A stretch of DNA of 64,000 nt from Candidatus Dojkabacteria bacterium (GCA_016932045.1 JAFGDO010000023.1:42337-106336), one strand, 5' to 3'. Shown: positions 49,663 through 59,852, counted from the stretch's first letter. The notes: generated from the sequence alone by a model not told the origin. Numbers and translations: made by a program.

Positions 49663-51738
49663 TTGAAAATATTTCTCTTAATTTGTATTATAGTAAGTAG
49701 TTATTTATTCTTTTTTGCGGAGTTTTTGAAGAAAAGAAACATTTTAGACAAAATATATAAGTACTATTCTTTAGTGATTTTGCTGGTGACCTCCCTATCT
49801 GTCCTTTGTGTAAGCCTCCTTGGTTACGCGATAATAATGTATCCTGTATCAATCAGCAAAGTGGAAGAGATAAAGAGGCATGTTATAGAGTTGCCGTTAA
49901 CAGGTGAGGGAGATCTATACCGTGCTTTTGTTACCTCACAGGAATATACAGCTAATTTAGGGGGTTTGTCAGGGGCTGATCAGAAGTGTAATGATCGGGC
50001 ACATAGTGAGAATTTATGCGGAGATTATCGTGCGTGGCTGAGTACAAGTAATGCTGATGCCAGAAATAGAGTAAGAGATACAGCATACTACACTGTGGGT
50101 GGCAGGGGCTATGAGTACAAGATTTGTGATGGCATAGCAGATCTTACAGATGGTACACTCGATAACACTCTAGCTATTGATGAAAGTGGGGAGCCTAAGC
50201 CGGTGTCCGGTCCTGGTCCATATGAGTGGTTATTTACTTGGACTGGTACAGTCCCAGATGGGACTAAGTTTGGAACTTCACCGGTTGATTTCTGTAATGA
50301 TTGGAGTGGCATAGTAGACAATGCTCTGGTAGGGTACGCTCTTTCACAGTCCGTTGAATGGACAAATGATGAGGTTCATATTTGTGAAAGAGAACATGCT
50401 CTTTACTGCTTTGAGTATAGGAAAGATGGTGATTGTGATGGCTATTTCAGGGAGGATAATGACTGCAATGATACAAATTCAACGATATATCCAGGTGCTC
50501 CAGAGCTATGTGACGGCTTTGATAATAATTGCGACGGGGCTATCCCTTCAAATGAAAATGATGGTGATGGTGATGGGTATAGGATATGTGCAGGCGATTG
50601 TAACGATAATGATTTATACATCCATCCTGGAGCTTCGGAGAGATGTAATGGTGTAGATGACAACTGTGATGGAAATATTCCTGCGAGTGAAGCAGATAAT
50701 GATGGGGATGCATGTAGGGTATGTGATGGTGATTGTGATGATAATGATGTAACTGTAAGTACTACGGCATCTGAGGTTTGTGATAATAAGGATAATGATT
50801 GTGATGGAGTAAAGGATGACAATCTGATAAGGAACTGTGGGAGCGAAACTGGTATATGTACAATAGGAAGTGAAAAGTGTGTAAACGGTGTTTGGGGCAA
50901 TTGTGATGGCGTTCAGCCTCAGCAGGAGATTTGTGATGGGCTTGATAATGATTGTGATGGTAGAACTGATGAAGGATGTACTTGTACTCCGGGAAATGCT
51001 CAGTCATGTGGAAGTAGTACAGGGGCATGTAAAAGCGGTACTCAGGTCTGTGAAAGCGGAGGGGTATGGGGTAAATGTACGGGTGCCCAAGGACCAAGTA
51101 CAGAAATTTGCGATGGTATTGATAATGATTGTGATGGAAGTACAGATGAGAATTTAAGTAGGACATGCGGGGCGAATATTGGTCTATGTAAACAGGGCGT
51201 TCAGTACTGTGAAAATGGCAGCTGGGGCGAGTGTAAAGGAGGTGTAGAACCAGAGGATGAAAAGTGTGATAATGAAGATAATGACTGTGATGGTACTGTC
51301 GATGAGGGTTGTGAATGTCCGGCAAATGAACAGAGAAGCTGCGGCGTTGATATGGGAGAGTGTGGCAAGGGGTTGCAGAAGTGCGTTGAAGGTATCTGGA
51401 GCAAATGTATTGGAGCACAAGAGCCAACTGATGAGGTTTGTGATGATCTTGATAATGATTGTGATGGTGAAGTTGACGAAGGATATGTTTGTGAAGAGGA
51501 AGAGGCTCAACAAGAAGTATCAGAAGGTATTCAGGATCAAGAAGGTGAAAGTAAGGAGGAACAGGGTGTCGGCTCTGAGTTAATAATCGTTGCACTCATT
51601 GTTGTACTAATGGTTCCCCTTGCTATATTTGTTTTTTATCAGTATATGAAGGCAAGAAGAAAAGGTGCTGTAAGCAAACCGAGGAGAAAGGTTAAGGAAC
51701 CCAGGATCCCAGAATCTTTAAGAAGTCCTCTTGGATAA
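49663..51738 (+). CDS. Cys/Asp-rich surface protein with DUF1554-like domain, MopE-like metal-binding repeats and C-terminal TM
   Basis: FVTS..Y.ANLGGLSGADQKC; repeated E.CDG.DNDCDG units; hydrophobic C-terminal anchor followed by a basic tail. Confidence 0.8.
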   Translation: MKIFLLICIIVSSYLFFFAEFLKKRNILDKIYKYYSLVILLVTSLSVLCVSLLGYAIIMYPVSISKVEEIKRHVIELPLTGEGDLYRAFVTSQEYTANLGGLSGADQKCNDRAHSENLCGDYRAWLSTSNADARNRVRDTAYYTVGGRGYEYKICDGIADLTDGTLDNTLAIDESGEPKPVSGPGPYEWLFTWTGTVPDGTKFGTSPVDFCNDWSGIVDNALVGYALSQSVEWTNDEVHICEREHALYCFEYRKDGDCDGYFREDNDCNDTNSTIYPGAPELCDGFDNNCDGAIPSNENDGDGDGYRICAGDCNDNDLYIHPGASERCNGVDDNCDGNIPASEADNDGDACRVCDGDCDDNDVTVSTTASEVCDNKDNDCDGVKDDNLIRNCGSETGICTIGSEKCVNGVWGNCDGVQPQQEICDGLDNDCDGRTDEGCTCTPGNAQSCGSSTGACKSGTQVCESGGVWGKCTGAQGPSTEICDGIDNDCDGSTDENLSRTCGANIGLCKQGVQYCENGSWGECKGGVEPEDEKCDNEDNDCDGTVDEGCECPANEQRSCGVDMGECGKGLQKCVEGIWSKCIGAQEPTDEVCDDLDNDCDGEVDEGYVCEEEEAQQEVSEGIQDQEGESKEEQGVGSELIIVALIVVLMVPLAIFVFYQYMKARRKGAVSKPRRKVKEPRIPESLRSPLG

Positions 51739-52299
51739 GTGTTTTTCCTATTTAGCTTAGTTATATAAGTACTTCGAATGCATTTTCTAGAAGGTTTTAT
51801 CTTATGGTATTTATGGCAGATAGAAGTATATTCATTTCATAGGTCATCAAGACTGATTTTTGAAAATTTGTGCATTCTATACTCATTTTCAGCAAGGCTA
51901 ATGAGATTTTTCATACTGTTCTTGGGTATGTAATTGATATAATATTTAGAGAGGAAGCCTCTCGGCCTTCAAGGTTAAAATATACATACTTCCACGAATA
52001 GTAGTAGATATCTGTTGTGGGATGAGGGTATAAGTGATTATAAAATTTCTACGAGTAATGATTATGTACAATGTGAATGTTACCTTCCTGGTACGTTAAT
52101 AGAATCGGAATAATAAAAACATATCAAAATAAGTGATGCATATTATGAAATTTGCCTAACAAAAAATATTGATAATTAATAGTGATGCTATTTCCTCTTA
52201 TATTTTGTTAATTATTCGCTTATGATTAACGCAAAGTTCACTAAAGATATATACAGGCAATATTGATGATATACAGATATGTAGATTGTTTTCGTATCT

Positions 52300-53037
52300 T
52301 TGTGTGATATAATTAAAAAACTTAAGTTTATAATGTTATTTGAATCTATGTTTTATATTGATCCTTTGTACATATTACTTGCTTTACCAGCTTTACTAGT
52401 AGGCTTGTGTGCTCAGATCCTTGTAAGGTATTTCTATTCTAAATACTCAAATGTTGGAAACAGTGCAAATATTAGTGGAGTTGAAGTAGTCGAAAGACTG
52501 GCAAGAGAGCATGGTTTGAATATTAAACTAAACGTATCAATTGCGGAACTTTCCGATCATTATAATCCGCTACGAAGCGAGCTAACCCTTTCTGATAAAG
52601 TAGCACGCTTCCCTAGTGTCGCTTCTGTTGGCATTGCAGCTCATGAGATGGGGCATGCTTTGCAGCATCAAAAAAGTGCTATCCTCATGACTGTCCGCAA
52701 CTTCATGATCCCAGTCGTAAATATAGGTTCAACATTGGGTTACATCATATTTATATTAGGACTAACTCTTCAATTTTTTGAAGTTGCTATGATTGGTATA
52801 GCTATCTTTTCACTTTCGACTTTATTTACAATCATTACTCTACCTATTGAAATCGATGCCAGTATAAAAGCTTTGCGTATGATAAGGAAGATGGAGTTGT
52901 TTTCAGAGTATGATATTGCCGGTATAAAGAATGTCCTTATTGCTGCAGCATTAACCTATGTAGCTGCTGTAATGCAGTCCTTGTCGATATTATTCTACTA
53001 CATTCTTAGAGCTTTTGGGATGAGGAAGAGAAGGTAG
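52300..53037 (+). CDS. Membrane zinc metallopeptidase, YugP family (true start probably a later ATG)
   Basis: LSDHYNP, AAHEMGHALQH, TLPIEIDAS, AAALTYVAA. Confidence 0.92.
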   Translation: MCDIIKKLKFIMLFESMFYIDPLYILLALPALLVGLCAQILVRYFYSKYSNVGNSANISGVEVVERLAREHGLNIKLNVSIAELSDHYNPLRSELTLSDKVARFPSVASVGIAAHEMGHALQHQKSAILMTVRNFMIPVVNIGSTLGYIIFILGLTLQFFEVAMIGIAIFSLSTLFTIITLPIEIDASIKALRMIRKMELFSEYDIAGIKNVLIAAALTYVAAVMQSLSILFYYILRAFGMRKRR

Positions 53038-53085
53038 GAAAAAGGTAGAAAGTAGAAGGTATCAGGTAGGAAATTGCTTTTATGC

Positions 53086-53115
53086 AAAAAAATCCGCCAG
53101 AGGCGGATTTTTTTT
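53086..53115. terminator. Bidirectional intrinsic terminator
   Basis: AAAAAAATCCGCC-AGA-GGCGGATTTTTTTT between the convergent peptidase gene and rnpB. Confidence 0.88.
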
Positions 53116-53118
53116 ATA

Positions 53119-53726
53119 CTAACCAATCAATAAGCCGGATTCTGTTCCTTCGACAAGCTCAGGACAAGTCCCTTGCAAGTCTTGGGTGATAACCATTTCT
53201 CTATGCAAAAATTATCTCCATGAATTACGTAAATTCGAGGAAATAATCTACATTTCTATTATCCTTAGGTAGACTTAGGACAAGTCCTTCGACTACGCTC
53301 AGGATCTTCGAATGCGGTGAATTTTTCCACCTTGCTGCAGACAGGGGTTACCTAGCACCCTTCAATTACTCTCAGGGCCGGTGGGCTCTTACCCCGTGAG
53401 AACATGACAAGTCATGTTCCTACCTTTTCACCCTTACCCTTCTACACTTCGACTACGCTCAGTGCTCAGGGCGGTTTGTTTCTGTGGCCCGACCTCGCTA
53501 AAGCTACGTTGGGCAAGCCCAATAAGCTTTAACAAAATCCTCAGTTCAGTTCTCAAAGAACTAAATCTAGAGTTTTATCCCAGAGATCGCTCCCTGCCAG
53601 CTCTCGCTGGTGTCACTTTCTGTCTCAGAGCGAGTCCTTCGACAGGCTCAGGACAGGCAGTCCGGACTTTCCTCCACGTAAAATCACGTTTTGCGTGATC
53701 ACGTGGTAGTTATCTAGATTGGTTAG
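53119..53726 (-). ncRNA. rnpB: RNase P RNA, enlarged (608 nt)
   Basis: Minus strand GAGGAAAGTCCGG (CR I), ACAGAAA (CR II), GGGTGAAA (CR III), ACAGAATCCGGCTTAT (CR V); 10-bp terminal stem CTAACCAATC/GATTGGTTAG. Confidence 0.95.
53147..53658. repeat. REP-like hairpin repeats inside rnpB
   Basis: CTTCGAC-N3/4-GCTCAG core at 53147, 53286, 53445 and 53636, a diverged copy near 53262, and a second type CCTCGCTAAAGCTACGTTGGGCAAG near 53493. Confidence 0.85.
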
Positions 53727-53733
53727 CAGTTTA

Positions 53734-53742
53734 ATTATATCA
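53734..53742 (-). promoter_or_regulatory. Extended -10 promoter of rnpB
   Basis: Minus strand TGATATAAT, 7 nt upstream of the P1 stem. Confidence 0.65.
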
Positions 53743-53779
53743 TATTAAATAGGCTGTTTTCTACGAAAGCGAAGAGAGT

Positions 53780-54046
53780 TTACATATAGGAAGTAACAAG
53801 TTGATTAAACAACTGTGCTGCTGATGGCCATTCACCGGTGTTAGAGTAAGTGTCCATAGCGATTTTTGCTGCAGCAATATCATGTTCATTAGCATTGGTT
53901 CTTGAAACTACCTGTTGGTAGATTTCCGGAAGTTCAGTATCAGGACTCTTGGATTGTACCAATGCATCGGCTAGTTGTTCTGCAACTACAAGTCCATTTT
54001 GTGCAGCTGCCATTACTGTTGTTATTTCTACGGCTTCTTGTTCCAT
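53780..54046 (-). CDS. Small hypothetical protein (ATG 54046 preferred)
   Basis: MEQEAVEITT..., helical composition, fills an otherwise empty gap. Confidence 0.55.
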   Translation of the reverse strand: MEQEAVEITTVMAAAQNGLVVAEQLADALVQSKSPDTELPEIYQQVVSRTNANEHDIAAAKIAMDTYSNTGEWPSAAQLFNQLVTSYM

Positions 54047-54367
54047 TGTATTACCTGTAATTACATCTAAACTTATACAGCACAAAGATTATATCACCGG
54101 TATATAGTATCTTCAAGTCAAATTTGTTATTATCTACCTTATATTATTAGTTGACAATAGCAGCAAGACCCCTACGTTGTGGACTTAATTAGAACATTTA
54201 AAAATAGTTACATATCCTATAACGCATAAATTATTTAAAAGTTACAATTAAAATATGCTGTTTTACAAATACCTGGTACTCTTGTAAAATCAAATAAGGC
54301 TAAGGGTTAAAAGCGAGAATTGAACCTTCTGCTTTATCCTTTACTTTATACTTTTTACCTTTAGTTC

Positions 54368-55831
54368 ATGGTTAGAACACGTTTTGCACCAAGTCCAACG
54401 GGATTTTTGCATATCGGAGGTGTTCGCACAGCTTTGTACAGCTACGCTCTTGCCAGAAAGCATAAAGGTGCATTTGTTCTGCGTATTGAGGATACAGATA
54501 AAAAGCGTGAGATAGAAGGTGGAATAAAGAATATTGTTGATGGACTAAAGGTCTTTGGTATGAAGTTTGATGAAGGACCTGGAATAGAAGGACCTTACAA
54601 GCCATATATTCAATCAAAAAGGCTTAAAATATACCAAGAAAAAGCCCAAGAGCTTATTGATAAAGGAAAAGCTTATTACTGTTTCTGTAGTGAGGAGAGG
54701 CTAAAGAAACTCCGAGAAAGTCAGCAAAAAGCCAAAAAACAGCCTAAATATGATGGCAAATGCAGAGAGATCAAAAAGGCAGAAGCTGAAAAGAGAATTA
54801 AGAATGGAGAGAAGTTTGTTATTCGATTAAAAGTTCCAAGAGGTGAGAAATTAATTCTTGAAGATGTACTTCTTGGTAAGGTAAGCTGGAACAGTAATGA
54901 TGTTGATGATCAGGTTTTGCTTAAAAGCGACAGTTTTCCTACATATCATCTTGCTGTTGTAGTCGATGATGTTCTTATGAAAATCAGCCATATAACAAGG
55001 GGTATTGAATGGTTGGCAAGTGTTCCCAAGCACATTCTTTTATACAAGGCATTTGATTATAAATTCCCAGTAACAGCACATATGCCTGTAATTCTTGATC
55101 CAGATGGAGGAAAATTATCAAAGAGAAAAGGTGCTGTTGCAGTTAATGAATTCCTTGAGCAAGGGTATCTTCCGGAAGCGACATTAAATTTTCTTATGCT
55201 ACTTGGTTGGGCACCGAAAGATGATAGAGAATTCTTTTCGCTTTCTGAATTTGTGAAAGAATTCAGCATGGAAAGGCTCAATAAAGCGAGCCCGGTTTTT
55301 GATCGCCAGAAATTGCTTTGGTTCAATGGTGAATATATTCGAAAGCTATCCAAAAAAGGATTTGAAGTGAAATTCCTAACTTGGGCAAAGAAATATCTTA
55401 AAGACAAGAAGTTATTAAAACAACTCACCGATGATGAAGAACTAGTCAAAAAGTTGGAGCTTATTCAGGAACGTGTTTCCGTTCTTAGTGAGATTCCAAA
55501 TCAACTAGAATTCTTCTATGAGAATATGCATGCTCCAAATCCTAAAGAGATCAAAGGAGTAAAGCGGTATGAAAAAGAAGATTACGTGAAGGTTGTATCC
55601 GAATATGCTGAGATTATTCGATCGTATGAAGAAGATTCTTCTAAATGGAAACATGAAAAGTGGGAGGAAGATATCCGTTCACTTGCTGACAAATACAGCT
55701 GGAAACATGGCGATATGTTTATGATGATACGTCTTGTAATTTGCGGAAGCCCTGTTTCTCCTCCCCTTTTTGAAAGCATGGTGATACTTGGAAAAGATGA
55801 GATTATTCGTAGATTAGGAGAGTATAAGTAG
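54368..55831 (+). CDS. gltX: Glutamate--tRNA ligase
   Basis: RFAPSPTGFLHIGG, LRIEDTD, KLSKR, SPPLF. Confidence 0.98.
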   Translation: MVRTRFAPSPTGFLHIGGVRTALYSYALARKHKGAFVLRIEDTDKKREIEGGIKNIVDGLKVFGMKFDEGPGIEGPYKPYIQSKRLKIYQEKAQELIDKGKAYYCFCSEERLKKLRESQQKAKKQPKYDGKCREIKKAEAEKRIKNGEKFVIRLKVPRGEKLILEDVLLGKVSWNSNDVDDQVLLKSDSFPTYHLAVVVDDVLMKISHITRGIEWLASVPKHILLYKAFDYKFPVTAHMPVILDPDGGKLSKRKGAVAVNEFLEQGYLPEATLNFLMLLGWAPKDDREFFSLSEFVKEFSMERLNKASPVFDRQKLLWFNGEYIRKLSKKGFEVKFLTWAKKYLKDKKLLKQLTDDEELVKKLELIQERVSVLSEIPNQLEFFYENMHAPNPKEIKGVKRYEKEDYVKVVSEYAEIIRSYEEDSSKWKHEKWEEDIRSLADKYSWKHGDMFMMIRLVICGSPVSPPLFESMVILGKDEIIRRLGEYK

Positions 55832-55914
55832 TTTTACTTTTATATGGCTATATTGTGATATGGTTGTATGTTTTGTGGAATATACGAGTTGAATTTATTA
55901 GTTTGATTGCTTCT

Positions 55915-57879
55915 ATGAACCGTTTTTCTTTTCTTCTAAAAATCGCCGTTTTCATTACACTATTGTATTGCTTTATTTTTATAGGGCCTTCTAGAATTAA
56001 TGCTAATTTGGCAGCAGAAAGCGTTTATGACGTGAACATAAATGTTTCTGGAGAAGGAGAAATGGAATTTGAGTATTTTATACATCTGATAAATAAAAGT
56101 GATGGCTTTTTCATCCGTGACTATTCGCTTATTATTGATCAGAAAGAAGTAATTGACTTAAAAGTTATGGAAAATGGGCAGGGGGTTGATTTTAGAAAAG
56201 AGCATTTCAATGGAAATATTCGTGTTAAAATTCATCTAAACAAACAATTAGTTTATAAAGAAGAGAGTACCGATATCTATGTAAGATACAAAACACGTGA
56301 TCTTTATAAGAAAGACGGACTTGTTTCTAAAATTTATATCCCTCAAATAAAAACAGAAGAATCGCTACAGGATGCTAACTTTACTGTGACAATTCCAGAC
56401 TCTCTTGGTGAAATAAGCTATGTTTCAATGCAAGAAATATCCTTAGAATCTCAAGGTGAACAGAAAGTAATGAAATACCCTCAGAAGGAAGCTCCACAGG
56501 GGTTACTTTTGATGTTCGGCCAGGTCCAACAATTTGAATTTATATATTCGTATAAACTGCAAAATAATAAAGGTGCTATGAGAAGGTATACAATTACACT
56601 TCCACCTGATAGCTCCTTTCAGACGAGTTATTTTATTGACGCCTCTATACTTCCCGAAAGAACTTTTAGTGACAAAGACGGGAATATAATAGTTGAATAT
56701 TTGTTAAACTCTGGAGAAGAGAAGGATGTAAGAATTGTTGGCTTTACTCGATTTACTCCGTTAAGTGAAACACAAACGATAGAGGATGAGGTTTTAGATA
56801 AATATTTGACCGAAACTGGAACCTGGGATTTCTCAAAGCAAAGTATTGATGAACTGTTAAATAAAATTACACGAAGTGATTATCTTCCAAAGGAGAACGC
56901 AAGGTTTATATATGACTATTTAGTTACAAATTATAAGTATCTACCAGAGGATGGGAGTAGAAAGAAAGTATCGGATCTGATAGTTAATGATGATGGACTA
57001 ACGTGTGAAAATTTCTCAGATGTATTTGTAGCTTTATCAAGAGGGGCAGGGATCCCTTCAAGAAGTGTAGTCGGTTTTTCTATGTTAAAAGAAAATCTTT
57101 CGTCTCTTCATTATTGGGCTGAGTTCTATGATTCAAGGAGCAAGAGATGGATTGGAGTTGATCCTTGTTTTGCTGCAAAGTTGAACTATTCGTACTTTGA
57201 TACCTTGGACGCGAACCGTGTGGTTCTGGCCTATAGAGGACTCAGCGATTCTAGTCCTGAAGTAATTGTCCCTTTTTCTGATTTTCAAGGATTAAATGGA
57301 GATCAACTTGAAATTACAGCATCTTCATATAATTATTTAGGGAAGGATAACTGGGTTGATTTTTCTTTTGTAGTTGGAAAGCCGGATTTGTTTTTCCAAC
57401 AGATACCTCTTACGTTAAAGCTTAGAAATAATTCAATGAACATACTAAGAATTGATGAAATATTGGTTGACCATGACCAAGTAAAGCTTGTAACAAGACA
57501 CACTGAAGATGATTTTCAGGAGGCTGTATTTCCTGATCAAGAGACAGATTTTCTAGTATATCTCTCAAATCTTTCAGGGATTCCTGTAGAAAGAATAGAG
57601 AATCATGAACTTGAAGTACTTGCAGACTATGGAGGATTAAAGTTCGATGAAAAAAGAGAATTTGAGATAAATCGTCCTTTTACTTATCTACATGCTTTAT
57701 CGTGGTTTATGGCTTTAGCTATGGCCTGTATAACCTTAGCTGTCTTTTTTCTAGCCTTGAAAAAGATACGCGACAGCAACATTCCATATGGAGACAAGGT
57801 TAAAAGTTTAAAACAAAGATTGGGTTTAAAGAAATTTAAGATAAAAAAGTATAAGAATGTGCCCGTGGATTTGAGGTGA
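55915..57879 (+). CDS. Transglutaminase-like domain membrane protein (ATG 55915 preferred)
   Basis: TCENFS..FVAL.R..GIPSR, HYWAE, W..VDP give a Cys-His-Asp triad; N- and C-terminal TMs. Confidence 0.85.
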   Translation: MNRFSFLLKIAVFITLLYCFIFIGPSRINANLAAESVYDVNINVSGEGEMEFEYFIHLINKSDGFFIRDYSLIIDQKEVIDLKVMENGQGVDFRKEHFNGNIRVKIHLNKQLVYKEESTDIYVRYKTRDLYKKDGLVSKIYIPQIKTEESLQDANFTVTIPDSLGEISYVSMQEISLESQGEQKVMKYPQKEAPQGLLLMFGQVQQFEFIYSYKLQNNKGAMRRYTITLPPDSSFQTSYFIDASILPERTFSDKDGNIIVEYLLNSGEEKDVRIVGFTRFTPLSETQTIEDEVLDKYLTETGTWDFSKQSIDELLNKITRSDYLPKENARFIYDYLVTNYKYLPEDGSRKKVSDLIVNDDGLTCENFSDVFVALSRGAGIPSRSVVGFSMLKENLSSLHYWAEFYDSRSKRWIGVDPCFAAKLNYSYFDTLDANRVVLAYRGLSDSSPEVIVPFSDFQGLNGDQLEITASSYNYLGKDNWVDFSFVVGKPDLFFQQIPLTLKLRNNSMNILRIDEILVDHDQVKLVTRHTEDDFQEAVFPDQETDFLVYLSNLSGIPVERIENHELEVLADYGGLKFDEKREFEINRPFTYLHALSWFMALAMACITLAVFFLALKKIRDSNIPYGDKVKSLKQRLGLKKFKIKKYKNVPVDLR

Positions 57880-57884
57880 GTAGT

Positions 57885-57976
57885 GATATTGTTGTATTGG
57901 CGTACTGCTATATTGTCGGATGGCTGGATGGTTGTATGGCTTTAAGCAGTCAGCTGAGAACTGGTGGCTGACTGCT
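57885..57976. repeat. Seven degenerate 8-mers followed by a 10-bp hairpin
   Basis: gatattgt tgtattgg cgtactgc tatattgt cggatggc tggatggt tgtatggc; AGCAGTCAGC..GCTGACTGCT. Confidence 0.65.
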
Positions 57977-58045
57977 ACAGTATTTTCTTGAATCTTTAGG
58001 GAATTCTTGTTTTAATTAGAGTAGGTAAATTATAATTAGCAGAAT

Positions 58046-59800
58046 TTGGAACAAGAGATTGTAAAAGAAATAATTGTCATGTTTATGGTTGCTCTAGTTG
58101 GAGGTTTTATCGCTATTCGACTTAAGCAGCCAGCTCTTATTGGTTATCTTATAGGGGGTGTTGTCTTGTCATTGTTCTTTTCCAGTTTCATAAATGTTGA
58201 TATTTCCCGTGGTGTGGCGCAAATTGGAATTGCTCTGCTTCTTTTTACAACAGGGTTAGAATTCCCAATTTCAAAACTTCTTACAATTCGAAAAACAATA
58301 CTATTTGGGGCATTCCTCCAACTTTTATTTTTTGTGGGTTTGTCTACCTTTGTGTTCTCAAAGTTTAACTTTAGTAATTTTGAAGCACTATTTCTTTCAG
58401 CAGCATTCTCAAATAGTGCTACGGTTGTTGTATTAAAACTTCTTGAAAACGAAAAAATTGACATAAAAATCTCAGATAATATTGTAAGCTGGCTGATCCT
58501 TCAAGATATTGCTATGGTTGTCATTGCAGTAGTTATGCAGGCTCTTGTAGGAAATGGCAGCTTCTCTTCGTATGACATTCTTGAATCTATTGCCAAAAGT
58601 CTTGTGCTTATAATACTTGCCATTGTACTAGGTAGAACTTTAATTCCTCGAGTCTTTGAAGCTGTATCAAAACTTAATTCATTTGAGCTACTTCTAATTA
58701 TTTCTTTCGTCTTTTGTATGGGAGTTGCTTATTTTGCTGACATAATAGGCCTGTCATATACTCTTGGGGCTTTTCTTGCAGGAGTTATGATATCTGAAAG
58801 TTTTGTAAACCATGAAATATTTTCTGAGGTTCGACCTTTAAGAGATCTCTTTTCTGTTGTTTTTTATGTAACTCTTGGTACATTGCTTTCCCCCTCATTT
58901 CTTCTTGCAAATATTTTCAAAATAATTCTAGTTCTTGTTGGGTTATTTTTACTTAAATTTATAACAAGTTTTATAGTCATAGTTCTTCTTGAAAAACAAT
59001 CAAGGACGGCTTTTGTGGTCAGTATGATTCTAAATCAAGGAGGAGAGTTTACATTTATTCTTGCACAAATAGGATTTAATAACGGCTGGATAAGTGAAGA
59101 ATTTTATTCACTTAATTTAATTGTAAGTATTCTATCGCTACTTTTAACACCAGTTATCATTAAAAGGTCCTCAGACTGGTACGTTTGGATAAGAGAGTAT
59201 GTTCGTGCTAAAAGTCCTAAGTTATATAGGCTATTCTTTATCAGACTAGATCGAATTGTTGATATAGATCAGCCGGATATTTCGGATCATGTGGTAATTT
59301 GCGGCTTTGGAAGGGTGGGAACATATATTGGTCGGGCTCTTGAAAGGTCCAATGTACCATTTATAGTTATTGATTCAAATACTGAAACGATTGATTATTG
59401 CAAACAAAGAGGTATAAAAGTAGTTTTTGGAGACGCTTCAAATATAGATGTACTTGAAAAGGCAGATGTAGAGAGAGCAAAGGCCATAGTAATAGCTCTC
59501 CCGGAAGAAGGGGCGGTCGAGATTATTGCTTCTAATGCCCGTAGCCTAAATTCTTCTATAAAAATCATAGCACGAAGTCACACACCAATTGAAGATGGAA
59601 GGTTAAAATCAAAGGGCGTTACGATAACAGTTGAGCCTGAGTTTGAGGCAGCTGTATCGATATCAAAGAAAATATTGAACTTCTTTGGTAAGGGAGAATT
59701 GAATGTGGCGCAATATCTGAAAAAATCAAGGAGAAGGCAGAGGAGTAAGATTTATAATTCGAATATCAAAAAGGTTGAGGTAAAGCAAGTCAAGCCCTGA
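58046..59800 (+). CDS. CPA2 cation:proton antiporter with TrkA-N domain (Kef/YbaL-like)
   Basis: LLF.TGLEF, LGAFLAG, QGGEF.F, ICGFGRVG, FGDAS. Confidence 0.92.
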   Translation: MEQEIVKEIIVMFMVALVGGFIAIRLKQPALIGYLIGGVVLSLFFSSFINVDISRGVAQIGIALLLFTTGLEFPISKLLTIRKTILFGAFLQLLFFVGLSTFVFSKFNFSNFEALFLSAAFSNSATVVVLKLLENEKIDIKISDNIVSWLILQDIAMVVIAVVMQALVGNGSFSSYDILESIAKSLVLIILAIVLGRTLIPRVFEAVSKLNSFELLLIISFVFCMGVAYFADIIGLSYTLGAFLAGVMISESFVNHEIFSEVRPLRDLFSVVFYVTLGTLLSPSFLLANIFKIILVLVGLFLLKFITSFIVIVLLEKQSRTAFVVSMILNQGGEFTFILAQIGFNNGWISEEFYSLNLIVSILSLLLTPVIIKRSSDWYVWIREYVRAKSPKLYRLFFIRLDRIVDIDQPDISDHVVICGFGRVGTYIGRALERSNVPFIVIDSNTETIDYCKQRGIKVVFGDASNIDVLEKADVERAKAIVIALPEEGAVEIIASNARSLNSSIKIIARSHTPIEDGRLKSKGVTITVEPEFEAAVSISKKILNFFGKGELNVAQYLKKSRRRQRSKIYNSNIKKVEVKQVKP

Positions 59801-59852
59801 ATTAGAAGCCTCATGTTTGCTAAATGTTTAGCTTTTGACTGGAGTAAGTGGA

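Noticed and set aside
50109-51595. Several overlapping ORFs, including a 277-aa His-rich one
   Set aside because: Shadow frames produced by the TGT/GAT-rich repeats of the Cys-rich gene
51739-52299. 560-bp AT-rich gap as a gene or ncRNA
   Set aside because: Only short motif-less frames and no convincing structure; possibly decayed DNA, but I cannot support a call
53147-53658. Repeats as a CRISPR array
   Set aside because: Spacing is long and irregular (about 140-190 nt), the copies diverge, they lie inside rnpB, and no cas genes are present
53414-53698. 94-aa plus-strand ORF
   Set aside because: Antisense to RNase P RNA; its PSTLRLRS and PSTGSGQA segments are translated repeats
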